Below, piece after piece: positions 8,045 through 16,618 of a DNA stretch of 32,000 bases (its first letter is position 1; every line of letters begins with the position of its first letter). A program made the position numbers and the translations under genes. The stretch is from Ureibacillus terrenus (lineage in GTDB: Bacteria > Bacillota > Bacilli > Bacillales_A > Planococcaceae). The DNA lies in assembly GCF_006569205.1 (NCBI RefSeq), contig NZ_VIGD01000001.1:17065-49064 (forward strand), in the 5' to 3' direction. The notes under the pieces are model-generated. The model saw nothing but the letters and a program-made list of their open reading frames with translations. It was not told where the DNA came from and made no database searches.

Positions 8045-8761
8045 TTAAAACCCTTGGAAACCGCCAAATATAGGAGTTAACACGCGAATGATATAAGTCA
8101 TGCCGTCGAAGAATAATAAGATTCCCATGGCAATCATCACATAACCGCCGATTTTTACAATCCTGTGGCTGTATTTCCGGAGCCAATTCATTCTTGAAAT
8201 AAAGAATGACAAGATAAAAAACGGAATGGAGAACCCCAATACGTAGGCAACCATATACCCCATGGCGGAATTTGGATTCGTCATGGCCAGCGCAACGATA
8301 GCTGCCAAAATCGGCCCGGTACATGGCGTCCATCCGGCGGCAAAGGCTAGACCAATCAAAGATGAACCCAAATAACCGGATGGTCTATTTTTAAATTCAA
8401 ATTTATGATCTTTCATTAAAAAATCGATTTTTAACCACCCAACAATCATTAAGCCGAAAAACACAATTAAAATTGAACCAATTTGACGGATTAAATCTTG
8501 ATAATTCAAAAAGAAATCTTCCAATGATAATAGACGGGCGCCAAAACCTAAAATAATAAAAATAATCGAAAATCCGATCAGGAAAAAGAGGGTGTGCAAA
8601 ATCGCCCTTTTTTGCAGCATCGCTTTATCGTTTTTTATTTCATCATAGCTCATCCCGGTAATGTAGGAAAGAAAAGCGGGATAAAGCGGCAATGTACATG
8701 GGGATATGAAGCTCAGGAACCCCGCCCCGAAAGCGAATAGTACGTTGATATTAGCTGACAT
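8045..8761 (-). CDS. ccdA: Cytochrome c-type biogenesis thiol-disulfide transporter CcdA (DsbD family)
   Basis: The ORF begins MSANINVLFAFGAGFLSFISPCTLPLYP and has the second conserved Cys in GWTPCTGP. It has six TM segments. The RBS AAAGGAGAG precedes the internal ATG at 8761. Confidence 0.9.
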   Translation of the reverse strand: MSANINVLFAFGAGFLSFISPCTLPLYPAFLSYITGMSYDEIKNDKAMLQKRAILHTLFFLIGFSIIFIILGFGARLLSLEDFFLNYQDLIRQIGSILIVFFGLMIVGWLKIDFLMKDHKFEFKNRPSGYLGSSLIGLAFAAGWTPCTGPILAAIVALAMTNPNSAMGYMVAYVLGFSIPFFILSFFISRMNWLRKYSHRIVKIGGYVMIAMGILLFFDGMTYIIRVLTPIFGGFQGF

Positions 8762-8870
8762 TCCTGTCTCTCCTTTAAGATGATGTGTCAATTATATGAT
8801 AACAAAGAATCTCCGGAATGTTGCCATGAAAAATTGAAGAATTGGCAACAAATTCATCATAAATAAAGGA

Positions 8871-9497
8871 TTAACTATATGAATAAATAATATCGCTTCC
8901 AAATCTTAAATTCCATAAAGGTTCAAATCGGTCGATAATCCAATTTTTTACCAGTTTCATTTCCCCGACGTCGGATAAAGGGCAAACTTGGAAATGAATA
9001 TTATTGTCCGTTATATGTTGAGCTATTTTGGCATTGATATGACAATGGGTGGCTGTGCCATCACGGAAACAAGATTTCGGAGAGACATTTCCGATGTGCT
9101 GGTTGAAACGTAATTTAAACTTATTGTTGCAGATTCCTGCAAAAACAATTTTATCATTCATGATGACCGTATATACGCCCTTTTTATTTAATACCGATTC
9201 ATTGCCTTTGACGACAAATTGGCAATAATCCAAATCCCCGTAATTATTCAAAAATTCTTTGTAGAACAAATCATTGTTTTGTTTCATGGAATACAAGGCT
9301 GGTCCTGCAGGCATATCCAATATGTCACAGTAATCGTTGAATACTTTATCTTTCAGGTGTTGATAGCGGCGGTGCTGAAGAAGGTCGCGGATCGTTTTTT
9401 TATCAAAAAAGCGAAACGGTTCCCTTATCCCCGTTTCCAACAGTTCAATCCGAACACGATGGAAATAAAACTCTTTACCACCAATTTTTACATGCAT
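8871..9497 (-). CDS. Hypothetical protein with a C-terminal GIY-YIG-like nuclease motif set (208 aa)
   Basis: KKGVYTVIMNDKIVFAGICNN.FKLRFNQHIGN ... GEMKLVKNWIIDRFEPLWN gives GVY-x10-FAG, R-x3-H, E and N in the GIY-YIG order. I do not recognise the N-terminal ~110 aa. The RBS GGAGGGAAG precedes MHVKIGG. Confidence 0.55.
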   Translation of the reverse strand: MHVKIGGKEFYFHRVRIELLETGIREPFRFFDKKTIRDLLQHRRYQHLKDKVFNDYCDILDMPAGPALYSMKQNNDLFYKEFLNNYGDLDYCQFVVKGNESVLNKKGVYTVIMNDKIVFAGICNNKFKLRFNQHIGNVSPKSCFRDGTATHCHINAKIAQHITDNNIHFQVCPLSDVGEMKLVKNWIIDRFEPLWNLRFGSDIIYSYS

Positions 9498-9612
9498 TGA
9501 CACTTCCCTCCGTTTTCCTATCGAAATAAAAAGGAAAATTTGAAAAAATTTCAATTTCTTATAATATTTCGATAAAAATTATTGAATTCCTTTATACAAG
9601 GGCACGTTTTTT

Positions 9613-10494
9613 TCAATTTTTTATCATTGTCGATAAACTGAATACAACGATGGCAACCCATATAAAACCGAAAGAAATCAACTCTACAGTTGTAAACGGT
9701 TCGCCATAAACAGCGGCCCCTAAAATTAAAATGAGGGTTGGTGCCAAATATTGAATGAATCCAAGAACGGATTGAGGCAAAGCTTTCGCTCCCTTTGCAA
9801 ATAAAATTAGTGGATAGGCAGTCACTACCCCTCCGAAAATAAGCAAAAGATCCGTTTTCCAGTCCAACTGCAAAAATGAAGTGTTATTAGTTGACATAAG
9901 ATAAATATATAAAACTAACGCGAACGGCAAAATAAACATTGTTTCGATGGCCAATCCCCTTTTGGCATCCAGCTGAATTTTTTTCTTCAACGCCCCATAA
10001 ATTGCGAAAGAGAAAGCAATCCCTAATGCGACCCAAGGAATTTTGCCGTAGCGGACCGCCATGATTGCCACGCCTGTAAAGGCAATAAATACTGCGGCTA
10101 TTTGCCCCTTTGACAAATGTTCTTTAAAAAATACAACTCCAAATAACACGGTAATTAAAGGATTAATATAATATCCAAGGCTTGTCTCCACCACATGTTC
10201 GTGGGTGACCGCCCAAATATACAGAAACCAGTTGCAAGAGATGACAAAGGAAGCTGCCATCAATCCGAAAAACATCTTTTTGTTAAGCCATAATGATTTC
10301 AAATCCTGAAAGAATTCTTTTTTCTGGCTAATTATGAAAATGAACATACACGTAAAAACAAATGACCAAATAATCCGGTTTAATAAAATTTCCAAACTAT
10401 TTACATGTTCCAACAACTTCCAATAAACCGGAAACACTCCCCAAATTGCATACGCAAAAATGGCATTGAACATGCCTTTTCTCTCTTCCGTCAT
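9613..10494 (-). CDS. rarD: EamA/DMT family transporter, RarD type
   Basis: It has ten TM segments and the N-terminal signature G...A..AY.IWG..PVYWKLL typical of RarD. Confidence 0.8.
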   Translation of the reverse strand: MTEERKGMFNAIFAYAIWGVFPVYWKLLEHVNSLEILLNRIIWSFVFTCMFIFIISQKKEFFQDLKSLWLNKKMFFGLMAASFVISCNWFLYIWAVTHEHVVETSLGYYINPLITVLFGVVFFKEHLSKGQIAAVFIAFTGVAIMAVRYGKIPWVALGIAFSFAIYGALKKKIQLDAKRGLAIETMFILPFALVLYIYLMSTNNTSFLQLDWKTDLLLIFGGVVTAYPLILFAKGAKALPQSVLGFIQYLAPTLILILGAAVYGEPFTTVELISFGFIWVAIVVFSLSTMIKN

Positions 10495-10653
10495 AAGATG
10501 CCCCAAACCTTTCAATGTTTTTGTAATCGAAAATGCCTAAAAAAATTATATAGGCGGAAAATTATGAAGTAAATGTAAAAAAATTTTTCAAAAAGAGTGG
10601 CTGTCCTTGTCATTTATATATGTCCCTTTGGACAGCCTGATGAAGGGGCCCAT

Positions 10654-10678
10654 AAAAAAAGCAGCAAATTGCTGCCCA
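10654..10678 (-). terminator. Intrinsic terminator after the amidase gene
   Basis: The minus strand reads GGGCAGC-aattt-GCTGC followed by TTTTTTT, starting right after the stop codon. Confidence 0.6.
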
Positions 10679-11512
10679 TTACTTTTTCATGCTTTTTATT
10701 TGGTGTTCGACGATTAATGCGCTTAAACCCAGCAAATCCGCGGAAGTCAAAGTGCCGGTTTGCAATTTTGCCGCCCAGTTCATATGAATTGCTCTTTCGT
10801 TGATGCCTTTTTGGACGATCGCTTCAATCATTTTTTGATCGTTAAGAATTGCTTTGAGACGTTCTTTCAAAGCAGGGCTTGTAAAGATGGTTTTTGAAGC
10901 ATTTTGTTGAATGGACGGTAATGTGTTTTGAACCGCTTTTTCTATTTGTTCCAAATCAATTTTTCCTTTTGATAGATTGGGCGCCACAAATTCCACGCAC
11001 TCTTTCGCAATCGCCTCGCAAATATCATTAAATTTTGCCCGATAAATCCTTACATCTTCTGTTGAGTTCACAAAACATACCTCAATAAGGATCGCCGGTT
11101 TGTTTGTCCCCCTTAAAAAAGCAAGCTCGGCTCTTTTTTTGGCCCCACGGTTTTTCAAACCGCTGGCCGCGGCAATGGATTGGCTCACTTTTGCGGCAAA
11201 GGCCCTCATCGAATCGCTTCGGTATAACACTTCCGTCCCAATCGGCAAATCGGTTCTCTTCCCGGAAGCATTAAAATGAATGCTGACATCCAAATCCCGT
11301 TTTTTTGCATTATGCTGGGCAATTAAATAATTCAAATTTTGACTTTGCGTCTTTGATTGATTATCAACGATTTTGTGAACTGTAATCCCTGCATTCCGCA
11401 ATAAATAGGAAACCCGGTCAACCACTTTTCTCGCTTCGGTCACCTCATCAATAATGTCTCTTGCACCAGTGCCGGGTCCGAAATGTCCTGAACTGATTGC
11501 AATGTAGCTCAT
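10679..11512 (-). CDS. N-acetylmuramoyl-L-alanine amidase (Amidase_3 / MurNAc-LAA) with an unassigned C-terminal ~100-aa domain
   Basis: The Amidase_3 motifs are present: ISSGHFGPGTGA, SIHFNAS, GTEVLY and ILIEVCFVNS. There is no signal peptide or TM segment. The RBS is GGGGGTGAA. Confidence 0.85.
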   Translation of the reverse strand: MSYIAISSGHFGPGTGARDIIDEVTEARKVVDRVSYLLRNAGITVHKIVDNQSKTQSQNLNYLIAQHNAKKRDLDVSIHFNASGKRTDLPIGTEVLYRSDSMRAFAAKVSQSIAAASGLKNRGAKKRAELAFLRGTNKPAILIEVCFVNSTEDVRIYRAKFNDICEAIAKECVEFVAPNLSKGKIDLEQIEKAVQNTLPSIQQNASKTIFTSPALKERLKAILNDQKMIEAIVQKGINERAIHMNWAAKLQTGTLTSADLLGLSALIVEHQIKSMKK

Positions 11513-11671
11513 AAATTCACCCCCAACAACTTATTTGATTTAAGATGCTTAATATTAAAATTCTTATATTTTATAATACGTACCTTATTGAAAAGAAGCA
11601 GGGCTTATTATTTAATAATTCGCTTTTTCTTTCTAATTTAATAGATTTGGGCCAAAGAGTGAAAAAGGGAC

Positions 11672-11700
11672 AAAAAAAAAGACTAACTATAAAGTTAGCC
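11672..11700 (-). terminator. Intrinsic terminator after the esterase gene
   Basis: The minus strand reads GGCTAACT-ttat-AGTTAGTC followed by a T9 run. Confidence 0.7.
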
Positions 11701-11701
11701 C

Positions 11702-12658
11702 TTATGAAGAAAGATTAAATTCCTTTCTGGTGTTCAAAGATGACAAAAAAGAACGGATTTGGAAAATTGTATCTTTTATTTGAGTTTGAAAATATTCATT
11801 TTTTGTAAAGTAGCTGTGCACAAGGCCACGGGCGATTTTTAATTCGACTTTTCCGCCAAAATCAATTAATTTTTTTGCGTACTCAATCCCCTCATCCCGC
11901 AATACATCATTTTCTGCAACTACTACAAATGCGGGCGGCAAGAGGGACAAATTGTCAGCCAATAAAGGAGAAACATACTGATTGTATATCTCATTTTCAT
12001 TGTTTAAATAATGTTTTTTGAACCATGCCATATCTTTCTTTAAAAGGCCAAACCCGGTTGCAAATTCTTCATAGGATGGCGTGCTGAAAGTCAAGTCGGT
12101 AACAGGGTAAAGCAATATTTGTGCATGAATTGGAGGACCTTGCAAGTCCCGGTTCAATAACGAAACTACGGCCGATAAATTTCCTCCTGCACTGTCCCCT
12201 GCCACACTGATTTGATTGTTGCCGTTCAAATGTTGACTATTTTCCGACACCCATAGAAAAGCGTCATATGCATCATATACTGGAGTCGGGAATTTGTATT
12301 CGGGAGCTAAACGGTAATTGACGGACACCACGACGGACCGGGTAATTTCTGATAACAATTCACAAGATTCGTCGCTTGTTTCAATGCTATTTAACACCCA
12401 TCCTCCTCCATGGTAATAAATGATTATCGGAAATGGGCCTTTTCCTTTCGGCGTATAAATGCGTACTTTTATGGAATTGCCATCCCTTACTGTAATAAAA
12501 CGGTCTTCCTTCTTTACGGCATTGGATGAACGCTTGCTTTTGGATTGCAATAAAATTTCTCTTCTTTTTCTCTCAGCAATTGGATCCATTTTGTATAACG
12601 GCGTTTGTTGATTCGCTTCTTTTAAATATTTGACGGTGCTCTTCAATAAGAAGGACAT
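11702..12658 (-). CDS. Alpha/beta hydrolase, hormone-sensitive-lipase-type carboxylesterase
   Basis: It has the oxyanion motif HGGGW, the nucleophile elbow GDSAGG, and later Asp (DVLRDEG) and His (LVHSYF). Confidence 0.87.
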   Translation of the reverse strand: MSFLLKSTVKYLKEANQQTPLYKMDPIAERKRREILLQSKSKRSSNAVKKEDRFITVRDGNSIKVRIYTPKGKGPFPIIIYYHGGGWVLNSIETSDESCELLSEITRSVVVSVNYRLAPEYKFPTPVYDAYDAFLWVSENSQHLNGNNQISVAGDSAGGNLSAVVSLLNRDLQGPPIHAQILLYPVTDLTFSTPSYEEFATGFGLLKKDMAWFKKHYLNNENEIYNQYVSPLLADNLSLLPPAFVVVAENDVLRDEGIEYAKKLIDFGGKVELKIARGLVHSYFTKNEYFQTQIKDTIFQIRSFLSSLNTRKEFNLSS

Positions 12659-12942
12659 AGAGGATCATCCTTTTTTCTTATAATTCTTATTAATTTACTA
12701 TGTTTTAATTGTATAACGAATCCCTTCCGCTTTCAACAAAAATACCCTTAATTATTGATAAAATTTATTTATATACTATGAATAATATAAATTTTATACA
12801 ATTTTTTATTATCGGAATGCGATATTCTATCATTTTCATACAATCATTCACCCAATCTCTATCTAATCAATCATCAACATTCTCTCCTCCTCTTATATTT
12901 TATGCTTTCTGGGTGTTTATCTAATCTATTTTTTTTATCTTC

Positions 12943-12951
12943 CATATGCTA
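12943..12951 (+). promoter_or_regulatory. SigK-type -10 element candidate for cotD
   Basis: CATATGCTA fits the recalled SigK -10 pattern CATAnnnTA. It lies 36 nt upstream of the cotD start. No good AC -35 element is visible. Confidence 0.25.
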
Positions 12952-12986
12952 TTGATGAATCTAGATTTATTAGGAGGTGAACGTAA

Positions 12987-13295
12987 ATGTTCAGAAGAAG
13001 ACATTCTCACATGAGACCGATTTGCTGCCCTCCCCATGTAATGCCGACACAGGTTGCCCCGGCACAAATTTCACCAACACAAGAAGTGGTAAGAACAAAT
13101 ATTTTTAATACAATCGTTCCGCATATCCATCCGGTGCATACAACAACTGTAAACCGTCATGTTTTTCATCACCGACATTATTATCCGCAAACATATTCCC
13201 AAGTGAATGAATATTATCAAACTTCAAGACAATGCGGCGATCCTCGAAATCCTAATCCAAATTGCTTCCCTATTCCAAGAAGATTTGGATTTTAA
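12987..13295 (+). CDS. cotD: Inner spore coat protein CotD family
   Basis: The core NTIVPHIHPVHTTTVNRHVFHHRHYYPQTYS matches the CotD signature IVPHIHP.HTT.VN......H.HY.P.T.S. The protein is His/Pro-rich. The RBS is AGGAGGTGA. Confidence 0.8.
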   Translation: MFRRRHSHMRPICCPPHVMPTQVAPAQISPTQEVVRTNIFNTIVPHIHPVHTTTVNRHVFHHRHYYPQTYSQVNEYYQTSRQCGDPRNPNPNCFPIPRRFGF

Positions 13296-13299
13296 AATA

Positions 13300-13338
13300 A
13301 AAATTTGCTGCACCCGGCAAGGGGTGCAGCATTTTCTT
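13300..13338. terminator. Bidirectional intrinsic terminator
   Basis: The structure is GCTGCACCC-ggcaa-GGGGTGCAGC, flanked by A-rich and T-rich runs between convergent genes. Confidence 0.75.
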
Positions 13339-14480
13339 TATAATCTTTTTAACTTTTCATATTCCAATTGAAGCTGCTCAAGCCGTTTTCTGCCTTCTTC
13401 GCGATTGTGGACCGTTTCTTCCTGGATTTGTTTTGTTTCTTCAATACCAGCCAAAATCGTCCTCCAAGTTTGTTCAATCGTTTCAATTTTGATGCTTGGC
13501 TGTCCTGCCGTACGAGCAATTTCCACACTGTTTCGGCGGATGTTTTCCGAATTCCTCATCAACATTTCATTTGTGCGTTTATCCAATTCCTGCATGGAAT
13601 CCGATACCAATTTTTGGCGCTTAATTGTTACCGCATGTATTAGCCCCTGTTTAAAAATTGGAATCGTCGTTACAAAAGCGGAATTGATTTTGGCAATCAA
13701 ATGATTGTTGCCTTGTTGCATCAGTCGGATTTGCGGTGCAGCCTGGAATGCTACTTGCTGGGCCATTTCCAAATCGTAACGGCGCTGTTCCAACAGTTCA
13801 ATCGCACGGCCAAGCGTTTCCAGCTCTATCACGGCTTCCTGATCCCCTTCATTGGCGAGGGCCTGCAATCTTTCCACTTCCGGCTTCAATGTTTCCAATT
13901 TCACTTCGATGGCTGCGATATGTTCGCTTAAGCTCTTAAAATATTCAAGATTTTGTTCGTACATTTGTTCCAATTCAATGGTATTCTTTTTCATTTCTTG
14001 TTCGTATTTTGTAATTTCGTGATAAATGGCATCGATTTCTTTATTCATCGTTTCGTATTTGGATAGAATTTTTTGCAGCTGTTCCTTCCCTTTGCCGAAA
14101 AGACGGGCAAAGAATCCCTGCTTTTCTTCTTTAAAATCTTCCGGATCAAAACGGGACATGATTTTATTTAAATGATTGATCAGTTCGCTTGATTTTTCCA
14201 ATTTGCTTTGTTTGATGGAAGCAAGCATCCGATCCGAAAATTTTGAAATGGCATTGGCCGTTTCCTTTCCAAACTCCAGCACCGCAATTTGATTCCGTAC
14301 GTCTATTTTTTCGGCAAGGGCAAGAACTGCCGGATCTGTTTTCAGTTCGATTTGCCGCTTGCGCAGCTGGGACATCTCTTCATCCGTTACAAGTTGGGGA
14401 GGCGCTTCGACGATTTCTTGTTTTTCTTGTTTAATTTTCGCATCCAAATCTTCAAACAATGGATTTTTCATTTCTGACAT
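13338..14480 (-). CDS. Toxic anion resistance protein, TelA family (YaaN/YceH-like)
   Basis: The 380-aa all-helical protein has TelA-type N-terminal features (LEFG....A.ISKFSD.ML) and a long coiled region. The RBS is GGAGGA. Confidence 0.8.
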   Translation of the reverse strand: MSEMKNPLFEDLDAKIKQEKQEIVEAPPQLVTDEEMSQLRKRQIELKTDPAVLALAEKIDVRNQIAVLEFGKETANAISKFSDRMLASIKQSKLEKSSELINHLNKIMSRFDPEDFKEEKQGFFARLFGKGKEQLQKILSKYETMNKEIDAIYHEITKYEQEMKKNTIELEQMYEQNLEYFKSLSEHIAAIEVKLETLKPEVERLQALANEGDQEAVIELETLGRAIELLEQRRYDLEMAQQVAFQAAPQIRLMQQGNNHLIAKINSAFVTTIPIFKQGLIHAVTIKRQKLVSDSMQELDKRTNEMLMRNSENIRRNSVEIARTAGQPSIKIETIEQTWRTILAGIEETKQIQEETVHNREEGRKRLEQLQLEYEKLKRL

Positions 14481-14552
14481 GGCGATCCTCCGTTCTCATT
14501 TAAATCCGTCATACTTGTACTTTTAGTTTACACAAACTTTACGATTAAACAT

Positions 14553-14600
14553 ACGATTGAAGGAACCGGAAAGTTTCAATTCTTTCAAGAAGCTTTTTTG
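14553..14600. repeat. Diverged third copy of the intergenic element that flanks rtp
   Basis: It shares the colinear blocks GATTGA, G(A/G)AACCGG, TTCAATT and TTTTTTG with 18966-19027. Confidence 0.3.
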
Positions 14601-14606
14601 GGAGGG

Positions 14607-15386
14607 TCACAATGTTCCGGCAGAACCGCCATCGATATTTACGGAAGTGCCTGTCACATAGGAAGCCGCATCTGACACAAGAAATGTGATGACTTTGGCC
14701 GCTTCCTCCGTTTCTCCAATTCTGCCAAGGGGAATCGCTTTTCCCATTGTTTTTGAATACTCTTCCCAAGCGGCATCCGGCATTTCCCGCTTCCATTTTT
14801 CTTCGATTTGCCTGCTTCGGATCAGGCCGATGCATACGGTATTCACGCGAATATTATATTTTCCGAGATCTTTGCTCATCGCTTTTGTAAGCGCCATTCC
14901 GGCGGAACGGCTTACCGTTGTCGGAAGGCTTTTTTCTCCGGGAGTCTTTGCAATGGAAGCCGTAACATTCACGATGGATCCCCCTTTTTCTTTTAAATAA
15001 GGGAGCGCATATTTCGAACAATAAATGGCGCCGAACAACTTCAAATTCAGATCAGCCTGCCATAATGGCGCATCCACTTCTTCAAAAGAATAAGCTGCAG
15101 AAGTTCCGGCATTGTTTATTAATATGTCCAACTTTCCATAATGGGCAACGGTTTCTTCGATCAATCGTCTGCAATCCTCTTCTTTTGTTACATCGGCGGC
15201 AATGGTAAAAACCTCTTTTCCTGTTTGCCCTTTAATCCATTCCTTTGCTTCTTTCAATCCTTCCGGTTTTCTTGCGCAGATGGCGACCTTTGCCCCTTCT
15301 TTTACAAGTTGCAAGGCTGTATGTAAACCAATTCCTTTACTCGCCCCGGTAATGACGGCCACTTTATTTTCCAATCCCAAGTCCAT
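14607..15386 (-). CDS. Short-chain dehydrogenase/reductase (SDR) family oxidoreductase
   Basis: It has the cofactor motif TGASKGIG, NNAG, and a catalytic S...Y...K arrangement (SIAKTPG..; YCSKYAL context). It is 259 aa long. Confidence 0.88.
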   Translation of the reverse strand: MDLGLENKVAVITGASKGIGLHTALQLVKEGAKVAICARKPEGLKEAKEWIKGQTGKEVFTIAADVTKEEDCRRLIEETVAHYGKLDILINNAGTSAAYSFEEVDAPLWQADLNLKLFGAIYCSKYALPYLKEKGGSIVNVTASIAKTPGEKSLPTTVSRSAGMALTKAMSKDLGKYNIRVNTVCIGLIRSRQIEEKWKREMPDAAWEEYSKTMGKAIPLGRIGETEEAAKVITFLVSDAASYVTGTSVNIDGGSAGTL

Positions 15387-15473
15387 TTTTTACATCTCCT
15401 TTATCACTATATTAATATTTATATTTTCTATGTATCGCCATGATATCCTTTTAAAATCCAAGAGTTCCTCAAA

Positions 15474-15522
15474 ATAAAAGACGGATCCTGAAGAAATTCT
15501 TTAGGATCCGTCTTTTATTTTG
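15474..15522. terminator. Intrinsic terminator (bidirectional shape) after the YjcZ-like gene
   Basis: The structure is AAAAGACGGATCCT-13 nt-AGGATCCGTCTTTT, with a 14-bp stem. Confidence 0.8.
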
Positions 15523-15535
15523 ATTCTTTATATGA

Positions 15536-15658
15536 TCAGAATTGTTTATAGTGTGTACCTACAATAATAAGCAAGATGAACAATACAACGATTAAAGCAA
15601 AGCCATGGACACCATATCCATAGCCATAGCCTCCGCTATAACCATATTGATATCCCAT
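15536..15658 (-). CDS. YjcZ-like tiny transmembrane sporulation protein (40 aa)
   Basis: MGYQYGYSGGYGYGYGVHGFALIVVLFILLIIVGTHYKQF has a Gly/Tyr-rich head followed by the FALIVVLFILLIIVG tail typical of the family. The RBS GAGGGAGGGAAA lies 3 nt before the ATG. Confidence 0.7.
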   Translation of the reverse strand: MGYQYGYSGGYGYGYGVHGFALIVVLFILLIIVGTHYKQF

Positions 15659-15757
15659 ATATTTCCCTCCCTCATCATTGCCTACTCCAGTGTATGTTTG
15701 CAATATGGGGGATGCAGGGACAATAGCATAATTCAAAAATAAAAAATTCATTTTATA

Positions 15758-16525
15758 TTATTCTTCTATTTTAAAATGAAACCTCTTCTCGAATTTCAGA
15801 TTACCGCTATTAAAAGTTCTTTCTACAAAAGTGACATTTTGTTCATGGTCGATCAGCAATACCGTTGAACAACGGGTACCGTAATGAGGCAATTGAATAA
15901 AGGCCGGCGATAATTTTCTTTCCATTTCCAACCCGACCCCTGTATCCGGAAGCTGTTCATCCGGTGCGATTTCGCGGTCCATCATAATTTCAAACAATTT
16001 CTCAATGTCCAATTTTCCTAGATTGCGCTGAATATAATCGGCAAATCTCGCTTTCCCTTTCACTACCTTCGGCCAAGGGGTATTTAATGTATGGTTGCTG
16101 ATGCTATGGGTACCCGGCTTAATTTCATTTTTCTCATCCAAAATATTGTTGTAATGAAATAATTGTTCCGGATCGCCAACGATTACGTTAAACCCACCGT
16201 AGGAATCCTTCTCTTTTGCCAGCTCATCAATAAATTCTTTTGGATGGACGCTGCTCTTTAAAAAATTCCGTACAATCTCACCTCGGGATCGGGGCTTTTT
16301 CGGCAATGAAGGATCCCGGAAATTAGTAATCGCGGCAAACCGTCCGTTTTTCGAAACGCCCATCCATGTGCCCATTTCCAGAAGATCTCTGCCCGCCAAA
16401 ATTCCGGGTTCATCTTCCCAAAAATGGGCGGGTTCCGTCGGCCGGTCATAAACCTCATCCCGGTTGGCTGCGATGATTAATTGGTACATTGGATGATTTT
16501 TAAAGTGAAGATGAATTAAACACAT
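15758..16525 (-). CDS. NRDE family protein (TANGO2/DUF833 homologue)
   Basis: It has an N-terminal Cys at position 2 and the eponymous IIAANRDE motif. It is 255 aa long. Confidence 0.85.
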   Translation of the reverse strand: MCLIHLHFKNHPMYQLIIAANRDEVYDRPTEPAHFWEDEPGILAGRDLLEMGTWMGVSKNGRFAAITNFRDPSLPKKPRSRGEIVRNFLKSSVHPKEFIDELAKEKDSYGGFNVIVGDPEQLFHYNNILDEKNEIKPGTHSISNHTLNTPWPKVVKGKARFADYIQRNLGKLDIEKLFEIMMDREIAPDEQLPDTGVGLEMERKLSPAFIQLPHYGTRCSTVLLIDHEQNVTFVERTFNSGNLKFEKRFHFKIEE

Positions 16526-16618
16526 ACTCCCAACCCTTTTATAAATTTTTCTACGAATAGTTTATCATTGAAAGCGGTTAATCCCCAATATTTTTATATA
16601 AGGGAATTTTTTGTCATA

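Noticed and set aside
8826-8855. Inverted repeat GTTGCCA-16 nt-TGGCAAC between the GIY-YIG gene and ccdA, considered as a terminator or a sigma-54-type (TGGCA) element
   Set aside because: No T-run follows the stem. The spacing and the second element do not fit TGGCAC-N5-TTGCA. It may be an operator, but nothing supports a specific call.
12709-12924. 71-aa plus-strand ORF in the esterase/cotD intergenic region
   Set aside because: It has an unlikely TTG-type start with no RBS, and the product is an Ile/Phe/Asn-rich translation of about 80% AT DNA. The region is more plausibly the cotD promoter.
13368-14477. Multiple 60-100-aa plus-strand ORFs antisense to the TelA-like gene
   Set aside because: These are shadow ORFs of a K/E/Q/L-rich coiled-coil gene, with no translation signals.
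14525-14535. dif-like right arm (minus strand TTGTGTAAACT versus the recalled B. subtilis TTATGTAAACT)
   Set aside because: The expected left arm (ACTTCCTAGAA) and the 6-bp central region are absent at the required spacing. Other partial arm matches at 15313-15324 and 31722-31732 fail in the same way.
16475-16491. Partial match (13 of 16 specified positions, minus strand CCAATGTACCAATTAATC) to the B-site half of the recalled B. subtilis Ter consensus
   Set aside because: It lies inside the NRDE coding region and the A-site half does not match. By rough estimate, a match of this quality is expected by chance about once in a few windows of this size.
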